Shown here piece by piece: positions 1-10,903 of a stretch of 64,000 bases of DNA. The stretch spans positions 1-64,000 of the forward strand of contig JAANOX010000078.1 of the NCBI GenBank assembly GCA_020184695.1, read 5' to 3'. The notes below the pieces were generated by a model. That model was not told the DNA's origin and did not search any database. It worked only from the letters and a program-made list of their open reading frames with translations. The stretch comes from Histomonas meleagridis 2922-C6/04-290x. Its lineage: Eukaryota > Protista > Parabasalia. Made by a program: the position numbers and the translations under genes. Position 1 is the first letter of the stretch, and every line of letters starts with the position of its first letter.

Positions 1-1116
1 GTGGTACTTGTGTGTGTGGTACTTGTGTGTGTGGTACTTGTGTGTGTGGTACTTGTGTGTGTGGTACTTGTGTGTGTGTGGTACTTGTGTGTGTGTGGTA
101 CTTGTGTGTGTGTGGTACTTGTGTGTGTGTGGTACTTGTGTGTGTGTGGTACTTGTGTGTGTGGTACTTGTGTGTGTGGTACTTGTGTGTGTGTGGTACT
201 TGTGTGTGTGTGGTACTTGTGTGTGTGGTACTTGTGTGTGTGGTACTTGTGTGTGTGGTACTTGTGTGTGTGGTACTTGTGTGTGTGGTACTTGTGTGTG
301 TGTGGTACTTGTGTGTGTGGTACTTGTGTGTGTGTGGTACTTGTGTGTGTGGTACTTGTGTGTGTGGTACTTGTGTGTGTGTGGTACTTGTGTGTGTGGT
401 ACTTGTGTGTGTGGTACTTGTGTGTGTGGTACTTGTGTGTGTGTACTTGTGTGTGTGTGGTACTTGTGTGTGTGGTACTTGTGTGTGTGGTACTTGTGTG
501 TGTGGTACTTGTGTGTGTGGTGCTTGTGTGTGTGGTACTTGTGTGTGTGGTACTTGTGTGTGTGGTACTTGTGTGTGTGTGGTACTTGTGTGTGTGGTAC
601 TTGTGTGTGTGGTGGTACTTGTGTGTGTGTGGTACGTGTGTGTGTGGGTGGTACTTGTGTGTGTGGGTGGTACTTGTGTGTGTGGGTGGTACTTGTGTGT
701 GGGTGGTACTTGTGTGTGTGGGTGGTACGTGTGTGTGGGTGGGTGGTACTTGTGTGTGTGGTACTTGTGTGTGTGGTACTTGTGTGTGGGTGGGTGGTAC
801 TTGTGTGGGTGGGTGGTACGTGTGTGTGGGTGGGTGGTACGTGTGTGTGGGTGGGTGGTACGTGTGTGTGGGTGGGTGGTACTTGTGTGGGTGGGTGGTA
901 CTTGTGTGGGTGGGTGGTACGTGTGTGTGGGTGGGTGGTACGTGTGTGTGGGTGGGTGGTACGTGTGTGTGGGTGGGTGGTACTTGTGTGGGTGGGTGGT
1001 ACTTGTGTGGGTGGGTGGTACTTGTGTGGGTGGGTGGTACTTGTGTTTGGGTGGTACGTGTGTGTGTGAGTGGTACATGTGTATGTTGTGTGGGAAGAGG
1101 GGGTGAAGGTGTTTGA
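1..1116. repeat. G/T-rich minisatellite, unit GTGGTACTT(GT)n (mostly 15-17 bp), grading into GTGGGTGGGTGGTAC(T/G)TGT variants and decaying at ~1060-1116
   Basis: Directly visible tandem array. The window starts inside it. The three + strand ORFs here are translations of the repeat. Confidence 0.95.
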
Positions 1117-1431
1117 GTGTTGATGTAAGTATTACACGTGATTGTGTTCGAAGTCAGATAATTCGATCCGAACTTTGATAAATGATATGTTTTGCGTATA
1201 TATTTTATTTGATATTTCAAATTATTCTGAATAATATTTTGGATTTTGTTGACATATGGAAATTATCATTATTCGATACAACAATATCATCTAATACGAA
1301 GATTTAAAATTGAAAACATATATTATATCATAATATCATAATTATACAAAATTTTCTATGAATAGCTATCATATTGAATTTCATATGAAAATTATTTATT
1401 ATTATATTTTTATTTTGCATAATCATGTGAA

Positions 1432-1474
1432 TTTGGGCAAAATTTTTGATTCGAGGCCGAAAATTTTGCCCAAA
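1432..1474. other. Perfect 15-bp inverted repeat (hairpin/cruciform) with 13-nt loop
   Basis: TTTGGGCAAAATTTT (1432-1446) and AAAATTTTGCCCAAA (1460-1474). Confidence 0.85.
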
Positions 1475-2796
1475 AAATAAAACCGTTTAAGGGTAGCCCG
1501 AAAGTTTACGGTTAGTGTCAGAAATCGCTTGACAAACGATAGAACTTTGAGATAAAAAAACCGTTATATTATGAAAAAGTCCTATCGTTATGTTAAAAAT
1601 TGTATCGTTCGTATCAGGAATTGCATCATAACCGCTGGTGTATGAAATTTAACAAAAACCAACTCTAATGTTTAATAAAGACAATTCTCATACTTTTTGA
1701 GGACATCATCACAATAAAATATATTCCTATTCATTGTTTTGACTTCTCATCATATTAAGTCTGGAATCTTTTAATTGAATTGTTGATCTAAGTCTTCTTG
1801 GCGTCAATATTAACCTTTGAGCAGATATTATACGTTCACAAGCAGATTCGCTGCATTATGTACTTTGCAATCTTAAGACCAAATCACTTAATAACTCCAT
1901 ATTTTCAACTGATCTAAAATTGAGCCGATTAAAACACCCTTTTAATGTATTAACTTCTTCAACCGAGCATGGTGTTGAAATAAAGTTATTCATGCTAGAA
2001 TAAAATAATTTACATTTTTTTCGATCACTAACAAATCTAGTAATTCATTTCTAAATATAATTGAATAATGAACTCAAAATTCTATTCCTATAATCTATTT
2101 CATAAGTGACACCAAGTACTTTATCATTTACAAGTACATTATTATTTTCTTGAAAATACTCAATTTCAAATTCAGATTCAATTTCTTCTTCCTTTTCTTT
2201 TTCTTCATAATTAGTAATTTCTATAACAGTGCTTTCCATTACTGTATTGATTGCCATTTCCCTTAATTCTTGAATAGGATCTTCAAATCCAGATATTTTT
2301 TATGTTATAAAGATAAATGGTATATTAAATTTTTCAAATATATATGTTTTTTTTCTTTTGAAATTAGGATTCAGTAATCTATTATAATAATCATCATGAC
2401 CATCTGGAGTTAAAATATAAGAAGAAGTCAGTAATAAACCATGAACTTCTTCAGAACCAAATGTGTAATTATATAATTCTTGTGAAATAACTTTAGCATA
2501 AATATTTCCCATTTCATTTAATGCATTAAATGCTTCAATTGCATCTTCAATTAAAGAATATGCAATGCTAATCATGTTTTTAAGATCTTCAAATTTTTTC
2601 ATTAAAACTTTTGAAATTTTTATACATTTATGAAGTTGATCAATTGACTACGAAATTTCGTAATATTTCGAAATAATAGAATTGAATATTATTATATATT
2701 CAACAATATCGAGATCGTAAATCCAACAAGTATTTACATGTGGTGGACACATTAATCCAATTTCATCAATATTCAAATTAATTTCTTTAGAAAGTA

Positions 2797-4074
2797 TGAG
2801 GTATGGAAAAAGTGCGTTCGTCAGCCTTTTTTTTAATGAATTCAAAAGTAAAATATAATTTGGTTATTTATTATGATATGTATTCACTATGAGTTTCAAT
2901 TGTAATTAAAAGTCTGTTCATCCATTCATTATATACGGCTCTGAAAATGTCTTTATGAATATTATACAGTAATGTTTCAATATTTTGAAAAAGTTGATCT
3001 TCATTTTCAAACTCCTCACCTTCGAGCATTTTTTTTAGATATCCGAACAGAAAAAAGTCAGAAGGTGCGAGGTCTGGCGAAAACGGGGGTTGCGGAAGTA
3101 TTTTAATCCCCAATTCATTCAATTTTTCATGAACCGAATGAGGCCGGGCGTTATCCATATGCAAAAAATATCCCTTCGTTTAAATTCTTATTGCCAAATG
3201 TCCAAGTACAACTTCAGAAAAAAAAATTCGATTAAATTTTTGGTCTATCGGGAGCATTGTTATTGATTTGATACCAGTTATAGACCATATAACAGATATC
3301 ATTACTTTTTTGGAGGCAATAGTTTGTTTGGGTTTGTATGGTTTTTGCACTCCAGATTCAATCCACATCGAGTTTCTCCCGTTAACATTATAAATCCAGG
3401 TTTCATCTTGTGTCAATATGTGCCTCAGTTTGTAATCATTTAAACTATTAAGGAATTCAAATAATTCAGACGCAATGGCAGCTCTTTTGGTTTTAATTTC
3501 AGGAGTAAACTTATGTGGGATCCATTTGAAGTTAACTTTTTTCATCTATAAAATATTAATCATTATATTTTTCACTGTTTTCGGATCTGCGCCTAAATTC
3601 TTCGCAATTTTCTTCGTCGATGCATATGGATAACTTAATATAAAACTGGTTATTCTTTGATCTAAATCTGATCTTCTTGGTCTCCCTGTTTTTTTCTGTT
3701 CGAAAATTGAGAAAATATGTTCATTCATCTTTTTTGTCCATTTCTGAACTGTTCGAAGTGTAATAATATTATCACCATATACAGCACATAATCGCCTATA
3801 TATGTCTTGATTTTCATTTGTTTCTAACCAAAGGAAATGGACAACAGAACGTAATTCCTCAATTGGAACTGACATTAAAATGATTATACGTTCTCTTTCA
3901 GATATATCCTGAAAAAAAGTAGTTTTACTTCATGCATCATATTTACTTGGAAAAAAGTATTATAATAATAATGATAATATATTTATTATAAATTTTATTT
4001 ATATAATTTGATTTCATTAATATCTAATATAAATCAAAAAAAAAAGCTGACGAACGGACTTTCTCCACCCCCTA
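2797..4074 (-). mobile_element. Mariner-type DNA transposon, 1278 bp, flanked by TA duplication
   Basis: Imperfect ~29-bp TIRs (TGAGGTATGGAAAAAGTGCGTTCGTCAGC vs TAGGGGGTGGAGAAAGTCCGTTCGTCAGC, 23/29). TA at 2795-96 and 4075-76. Removing it restores the host hAT frame (..IDTIHI|LSKEINL..). Confidence 0.9.
2871..3875 (-). pseudogene. Mariner transposase (HTH + DDD) with two in-frame premature stops
   Basis: The three ORFs are in one frame. Motifs: WIPH, TQDETW, HMDNARPH, PFSPDLAPSDFFLF. Stops at 3546-48 and 3180-82. D-D spacing is 31 rather than 34. Confidence 0.9.
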
Positions 4075-5892
4075 TATATGTATTGTATCAATAATTATTT
4101 ACAGTTGATTGTCTTATCTGGTTGCACTTATTAATGAATTGTGCACCTTATGACATTGACAAGGAACTATAATAATTGATCTGATTCTACCTCTCTTGAA
4201 TGGTTAATAAATTTGTTCATTCCCTTTAGCTGAGATTTGCTTCCATCGACAACCAAACTACTTATATTAATATTATATTTAAAAATATTATATATTCCCT
4301 GTACTAATCTTTTCATAATAATCTATTGATTTTAGACCTTTCATGATTGTTGTATATACAGTATAAGGTGTAACTCCATAGAAAGGGTTTTCGACACAAA
4401 AATCTTAAAATTTATTTTTTTGTGTTGTTCCTTCATCTAAACTTATCGAGACATAAGGAAAATTATAAAAAAATTTCATAATTGTTCTATGATCTTCATT
4501 ACATTTGTTTATTGAAATAGTTCTGATCATATCTCTTGATAGATTCTTATAAATATTGATTGAATCTTTTTTTAATTTATTGGCAATTTTAATGCCGTAA
4601 CTAATTGATGTATTGATTAATTATAATAATTCTTGTGAACAACAAAAATCCAAAATTGGATTTTTTTTTTCCAATTAAATAGGCAATTTTTTCATATATA
4701 TTTTCGATTTTTATTTCTTATGAAAAACTTGATTTAAAAAAATTATCAAGAGTAGCACTTGTTCGTACGTTTGTATATTGACATTTATGAATAATTCCTT
4801 CTCTAAGTTGATCGGAAAAATGATAAACTTTTTTTTTAAAGTTACATTGTAAACCATTTGCATCTGTATTCGTACAGTTGCAATATTGATGATGATTTTC
4901 GTGAGTGATTTCATATAAGTGAAAGGATCTTCTAAAAATCTTTTTTTATTGAACATTGGAAATTAATTTTATATAAAAATTTGTATTTAAATCATTCAAT
5001 AATCAATACACGATATAATAAATATATAAATTAAGAAGTTCGGTTAACGGAATCAAAGAATTTTGATATTAGAATCGAATATTGATCAGGTGAAAAATAA
5101 AGTTCAAGTTAAAAGTAGAACTGGAATATAAAATCAATCCCAGAAGTTATGGTAGTAATCATTTCAAAATTTATAACATTTATTTCTGATATTTGTTAAA
5201 CAAATTCAGAGAATTCGTTCATTTATCCAACGGACATTTTGTTGCAATTATGATAATATGATTGTTAATGAAGTAAGTAGCAAAGCAGTTCAAAATCCCC
5301 TCACAATCTATTGGCCGGAAATTTTCTCAATTCATGGGTCTCGAACACTATTGCTACGTAACAAAGTTGATGTTCATGAAAAAGAGTTGACCTCCACCAC
5401 AAAACAGCATTGAACTACTCGTCTCTTCATGAGATACTCAAAAAACAAAAACAATTTCCATTATTATAACTTAACTCTGCAGCAATATATCAAAAATTGG
5501 AACAAAGTCTCGATTGATAAACCATCAAACACAAAGTTTCAACTAACATACCATTAACGCTTCCAGCCTCCGAGGAAACAATTTCAGCAGAAAATTAAGA
5601 AATATTTTATCTCAAATCAGGTCAATTTTCTCCACTTCTGTCACCTACCGAACACACAAAAGCCACAGCTATGAACTCTTTTCACTGGAGCCATAAGTAC
5701 TGTTGGATGTTGACAATGATTTTGATATTATGTTTGTAAATCAAAGTGAAAGGTTTGTCGATTCTTTTCAAGACTAATTAGTTTATTCTCCATACTCTAT
5801 GAGCAATGAGCTCAGTAATCATGATTAAACATTTGCTATTTACGGAATAAATTTTTTTTCATTTTTTTCATCATCGTCTGTAAGAAGAATAA

Positions 5893-6170
5893 GTGATGGA
5901 GATGCTGGCATGGAAATCATAGAGGTTATTGCTGAAGTCCTTGGAAGTCAAAAATATGGAACCTACATGAAAAATTATAATCCCATGTATTGAACTTGTC
6001 AAAAATAAGTTAAAAAATGAGTCAGGAAAAGAGTGGACAGATTTCATATTAGAGAGGATGAAATAGAATCGGTTTAGATTTGATCGATAAATGTATTTGC
6101 TACCATCACCAAGAAAGATTAAAGGCAAAAGATGCCATGAAACATCCGTTCTTAGTTCCGTTAAAATTTG
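5893..6170 (+). pseudogene. Fragment of a CK2-alpha-like protein kinase C-lobe
   Basis: Frame-broken peptides EIIEVIAEVLG, GKEWTDFI and LDLIDKCICYHHQERLKAKDAMKHPFL resemble CK2-alpha subdomains X-XI ([27 protein letters not shown]). Not in the ORF track. Confidence 0.6.
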
Positions 6171-6889
6171 ATTATATGAAGTTTGATTTGATCCAAAATT
6201 AATTTATGATTAAAGTGTGCTTGCTTCTAGATTTTTTCTATAAGCTCAATGAGAATTATAATTTTTTCAATATTATTCAATTTGTCCGTATCGTAGGGTG
6301 GGATGGGCTTATCGTCTCCCAGGACGGTTTTCTGTCAAAATTGAATGCCATGACGGACAAAATGCATTCAAATCTTAAGAAAATATGCTTATCGCCTCCT
6401 TAAACGGTTATTTAAAGAAAAATATGTACGATATGGGATAACCGTTTTTTTCCTGGGCTTATCGTTTTCCAAAAACCGCCCCGGGCTTATCGTTCTCAAG
6501 TTAATCTCAGAAAAAGTTTAATGAGGTGGGAAACATAGAAAAAAAGTAAGAAATGGGGAAAATGTTTCGGTTTAGAGGCTAAAAATGAAATTTATTGAAT
6601 AAAGTATCGAAAAAATGGGGTTCCCATTGGGATGGGATTGGGGTCGAACTATCCCTGTGAAATAGGGAAAAATCCACAAGATTAATTTTGCATCATCTCG
6701 AGATATAAAAGAATTATTCGAGTATCATTGTATCGCAGGGATACTTGTTATATGAATAAAAACATTTTGAAACGACACTTGAAATATATCAAACAAATTT
6801 TTTATATTTTATATTTAACAATTAAATTCGTAATGAAATGGAATCAGTTATTTCTGATCTGAAATTAACAATGAGTATATTATTTACAG

Positions 6890-7162
6890 GATCAATTACA
6901 CAACCGCAGACCAAACCTCCAAATCTTCTCAATCGATTTTTAAAGGGTAAATTCCGAACGATAGGAAACGAACTCACTTTTTAAAAGGAATTATTATTTC
7001 ATCAATTTGATTATAAATAAAAATATAAATGACACTTATTTTGAATGAAAATAGAAAATGAAATACGGTTTGGCAAAATACAGTCCGATTAAAAAACATT
7101 AAAAAAGTGATGAGTTTCACAATAACTTATTGAATACTATATGAATATGTAAACTATTCATT
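6890..7162 (+). repeat. Left TIR (273 bp)
   Basis: 272/273 identical to the reverse complement of 9836-10108. Confidence 0.92.
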
Positions 7163-7266
7163 TATCAAAGTTGAAATTTGAGTAAAATTAGACTGGTACA
7201 AATAATTCGAGCTTGAGAGAACATATTGAATTTTTTCAATAAACACCGTTTATTAATTCAAATCAG

Positions 7267-8513
7267 ATGACCTCGTGGAACAAAGAACAGTCAATAATAG
7301 AAATGTACAAATTAGGGCACAACTATCAAACAATAGCAAATACCCTTCATGTAGGTACTAACAGGATAAGCAGTACAATTAAAGCATACACCAATACTGG
7401 TCAATTATATGATGCAACAAAAAGTAGAAGACCAGTTGTTATCACAAATAAAATTAGAGAATTTATAGAATTAAAGACCCTTCTTGAATTAACATTATAT
7501 TCAAAAGAATAAGCGGATAAAATTGAAGAATGTCTTCATTTATCGATTTCCCATCAATCTGTTACAAAGGTCAGAAACGAAATGAAATTTCGGTATAGAC
7601 CTTGTAAGGTCGAACAAGATTTAACGCCTCAACAAATAGAAGCAAGAATCGAATTTGCAAAAAAAATACTCACACAAAAATCATATCTTGACAAGATCGC
7701 TTTCTCTGATGAATCGCGATTTGTCTTGAAAAAAGATAATGAATGGATGTGGATGAGAAAAGGCGAGTATGTCGAAGAAACGATTATAAAAAAGGCCAAA
7801 TTTTCAAAATCTGTAATGACCTATGGTGTGATATCTTTTAAGTACAAGAGCAGATTAGTAATTGTAGATAAATCGATTGACTCAGGACAATATATACAAA
7901 ACATGGAAGTTTCCAATTTTATTGAGGATATGACAAAACCCATGGTAAGCTTGATTGGATTTATGTTCAGGATGGGGCTCGGTGCCATACTTCAGTACAA
8001 TCTATGGAGTGGCTTGAGGATCGTGTCGATGTAATAAATGATTGGCCGGCCAACTCGCCTGACCTAAACCCAATCGAGTTGCTCTGGGCTATAATGAAGC
8101 AAATAATTTACAAGAGGTCCCCAAAAGATCTGGAAGAGTTGAAATTGATCTTGGAACAAACATGGGACAATTTAGACATTTCATTAATTAACAATCTTTG
8201 TTTGGGTTTTGGAGACCGTTTACGGCTTTGTCTTGAAATTAATGGAGGCTCAATTTCAAGGTTTTTAGGTTTAGAAAAGAAATTTAAAGAAATTCTTTTT
8301 AACATGAGAACATACTGTCCTTGGTCAGAAGAAGAAGATAAAGTTCTATACGATATGATTTGCAAATTTGATCATCAATGGAAATATATTTCCAAATGTT
8401 TGCAAAACAGAAGTCCTGTACAATGTAAAAGTCGATGGTTCTGTAAATTAAGATTCGACGAAAAAAAACTTAGAGAAGAAAGATTAGAAAATTTAATAAA
8501 TAATTTGAATTAA
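7267..8513 (+). pseudogene. Tc1-family DD34E transposase with C-terminal Myb/SANT domain; one nonsense codon and one frameshift
   Basis: N-terminal HTH-like part, in-frame TAA at 7510-12, FSDES, 1-nt frameshift near 7932, then YVQDGARCH...WPANSPDLNPIE (D-34-E). C-terminal WSEEEDKVL..W..I...L..RSPVQCKSRW is a Myb repeat. Confidence 0.88.
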
Positions 8514-8937
8514 AAAGCGACTTTAGCTAGAAAATCGATAATAATCCCCTATTCAATTTTGATAAGTTTACTGAACATCCTTTTAATTTTCAATCTATCG
8601 TACTCTCGATTTATTTGTACCAGTTTATATTACGTCATATATATACCGAAAGTTTATTAGAATGATTTAGATATGATTATGACCGAAATTTATATGATAG
8701 CATCAAATTCGAATCTTATATATAAATATTCATTATTTCTGATATTTTTTTTCTGTTGTGATGAAATATGATATAAAAATATTCTTCGATCCATCGAATT
8801 TGTATTTATATAATTCTAATAGTTCGAATATCATGAAATAATAATATTGTATTCAAACAAAGCAGATTTATAAAAAGTCTATTTCGATAATTGGATATCA
8901 TCCTTTTATCATTTCGATGAATTTGGATTTAAATAAT

Positions 8938-9300
8938 ATATCATTTGAATAATATCTGTATTTATATTTTTTGATGCTATCATATGCACTGTTTTACATG
9001 TTTATAAGTAATTCCAAATGTTTATATGGATTATCTATATTTCCGAATATAATTTAAAAATACCAAATGATTAAAATGATTACAAAATAAAATAAAATAA
9101 CTATAGTATTAATATCATATTATTTTTGTTCCATAAGTAATCTAACTATTTATGCATGACCACTTGAAGATGCCCATAGTGCTGCTTATAATATTTAAGA
9201 TAAAATTACTAAAGTGTTTTTTTCATAGAATAAATAAATATCATTAGCATTTATACCACCGATTTCTTTTTGTACTTTTGCAACTGCATAATGACCTTGT
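8938..9300 (-). pseudogene. Degenerate ankyrin-repeat gene fragment carried inside the transposon
   Basis: Peptides QGHYAVAKV..GINAND, AALWASSSGHA*IVRLLMEQK..DIN and TVHMIASKN..TDIIQMI, separated by AT-rich spacers. Confidence 0.55.
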
Positions 9301-9835
9301 CATATTGCACAATTTCATATAAATTACAAAAGATATAACACAGTAAATATTCATGAGAAACATTTTTACTATATATATTATTACATAATGAAGAATTATT
9401 AATTATAACAATTCTATGAGATTAAATAATGACAAATTATTAGTACTTTAAGAAGCATCCGACTTCTAATATCAGAATTATGATTCGAAATATTGATAAA
9501 TTTTTTTATTGATCAAAATTTCCTTTTACATTATGTGAACTATTATAAATACAATCTATATTCACCATCATGATACATAATGTAAATACCATAGAATAAA
9601 CTATTCCATCTGTAAAATCCGAATGAAACGAAACATATTAAATAATAAAATTTAATAATAAATGCATTGCTTTGGAATATATAAAATATTCTAAGTTATC
9701 GATAATAAATAAAAGCCTCAATATCTTATTTATGTAAAACATGATTTCTAAAGTCACAAAACATTAATGTTTATTTAATATTTTTTAATAAAAAAATCAA
9801 AAATTCATATCACTCACTGTGATTCGTGTAAAATC

Positions 9836-10108
9836 AATGAATAGTTTACATATTCATAAAGTATTCAATAAGTTATTGTGAAACTCATCACTTTTTTAAT
9901 GTTTTTTAATCGGACTGTATTTTGCCAAACCGTATTTCATTTTCTATTTTCATTCAAAATAAGTGTCATTTATATTTTTATTTATAATCAAATTGATGAA
10001 ATAATAATTCCTTTTAAAAAGTGAGTTCGTTTCCTATCGTTCGGAATTTACCCTTTAAAAATCGATTGAGAAGATTTGGAGGTTTGGTCTGCGGTTGTGT
10101 AATTGATC
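9836..10108 (-). repeat. Right TIR (273 bp)
   Basis: Reverse complement of 6890-7162. Confidence 0.92.
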
Positions 10109-10903
10109 TCATTTACATTAATATTCTAAATATCAAATGTTGTTTCTATATGCAATATTAATAAATTTTATAATACAAATTCATTTACATCACACATTAT
10201 TTTGCTGATTCGACCAAAATTTACTATGATTGTATGAAAAATCGCATATTTCTACTCAAGTTACAATCTACAAATAATTTCAATCGCTTAATTCATTAAA
10301 AACTTATTATCGCTTAGATATCTCCGATATCAACATGAAAAGAAATTGGATTATAGTGAATAGACTATACAACTTTTTTTTTATTTAAATCATGTATGAT
10401 TTCATGATATATTGATTTCGCTAAAAACACCTTAACGTCAATTTGTAAAATGATTAAAATTGTATATTTTTCATTAAAAATTAGGTTTTTTTGTCGACTA
10501 TTCATCAATTTTAGAATATTAGTAAGCATATTATTGAAAACAAGCTCAAGTTAAACTTGAAACTTGAGTACAATAAGATCTAATCAATTTCTGATTGTGC
10601 GCAGCTTCATTTGATTTATAAATGCATAAATAAATATAGTTAAATAACATTTTTTTGGAGAGAAAAAAAATAATTTAATATAGAAGTTTTGACAACACAA
10701 TTTTTATTTTTTGAAAAACTTCTTTTTGTAATATTTGTTGCAATGGGTTTAACTTTTGAGTTATAAAAAAATTCGTTCTTTTTAATCAGCCGATAGATCT
10801 CCATCGGCATAACCGTTGAAAAGTGGCTTCTGTTCGATCGGTTTAAATTGCATATTCAGAATTTTACTCCAACACAAAATTCAATAGTCTTGGGTTGAGA
10901 GAA

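Larger units (their letters stand above)
1727..4956 (-). pseudogene. Decayed hAT-superfamily-like transposase, interrupted by a mariner insertion
   Basis: Fragments occur in hAT order on the minus strand: Cys/His-rich N-terminal piece (~4850-4900), SSLVVDG (~4250), IVPCQCHKVHN CxxH motif (~4150), HVNTCWIYD (TRW-like, ~2740), SYILTPDG (~2410), and LVLRLQST*CSESACERIISAQRLILTPRR dimerisation-like motif (~1760-1900). Multiple stops and frameshifts. ORFs 2051-2257, 2300-2602, 2648-2845 and 4711-4956 are pieces of it. Element ends not defined. Confidence 0.7.
6890..10108 (+). mobile_element. Tc1-like DNA transposon, ~3.2 kb, with 273-bp terminal inverted repeats
   Basis: 6890-7162 is the reverse complement of 9836-10108 with one mismatch. 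The repeats enclose a DD34E transposase pseudogene and ~1.3 kb of AT-rich cargo. Confidence 0.9.

Noticed and set aside
1-1116. Three long Cys/Val-rich ORFs
   Set aside because: Translations of a stop-free G/T minisatellite.
2990-3164. D31D catalytic spacing as a new mariner class
   Set aside because: The copy has two nonsense codons; a 3-codon deletion from D34D is the simpler explanation unless intact copies share it.
5280-5750. Long + strand frame with few stops
   Set aside because: No recognisable protein family; cannot be supported.
6617-6643. G-quadruplex-like motif GGGG..GGG..GGG..GGGG
   Set aside because: Single occurrence overlapping a CCC tract; no functional context.
1489-6657. 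Degenerate hAT TIR pair (AAGGG-TAGCCCGA vs CAGGGATAGTTCGA)
   Set aside because: Only 10/14 match and no 8-bp TSD, so ends were not called.
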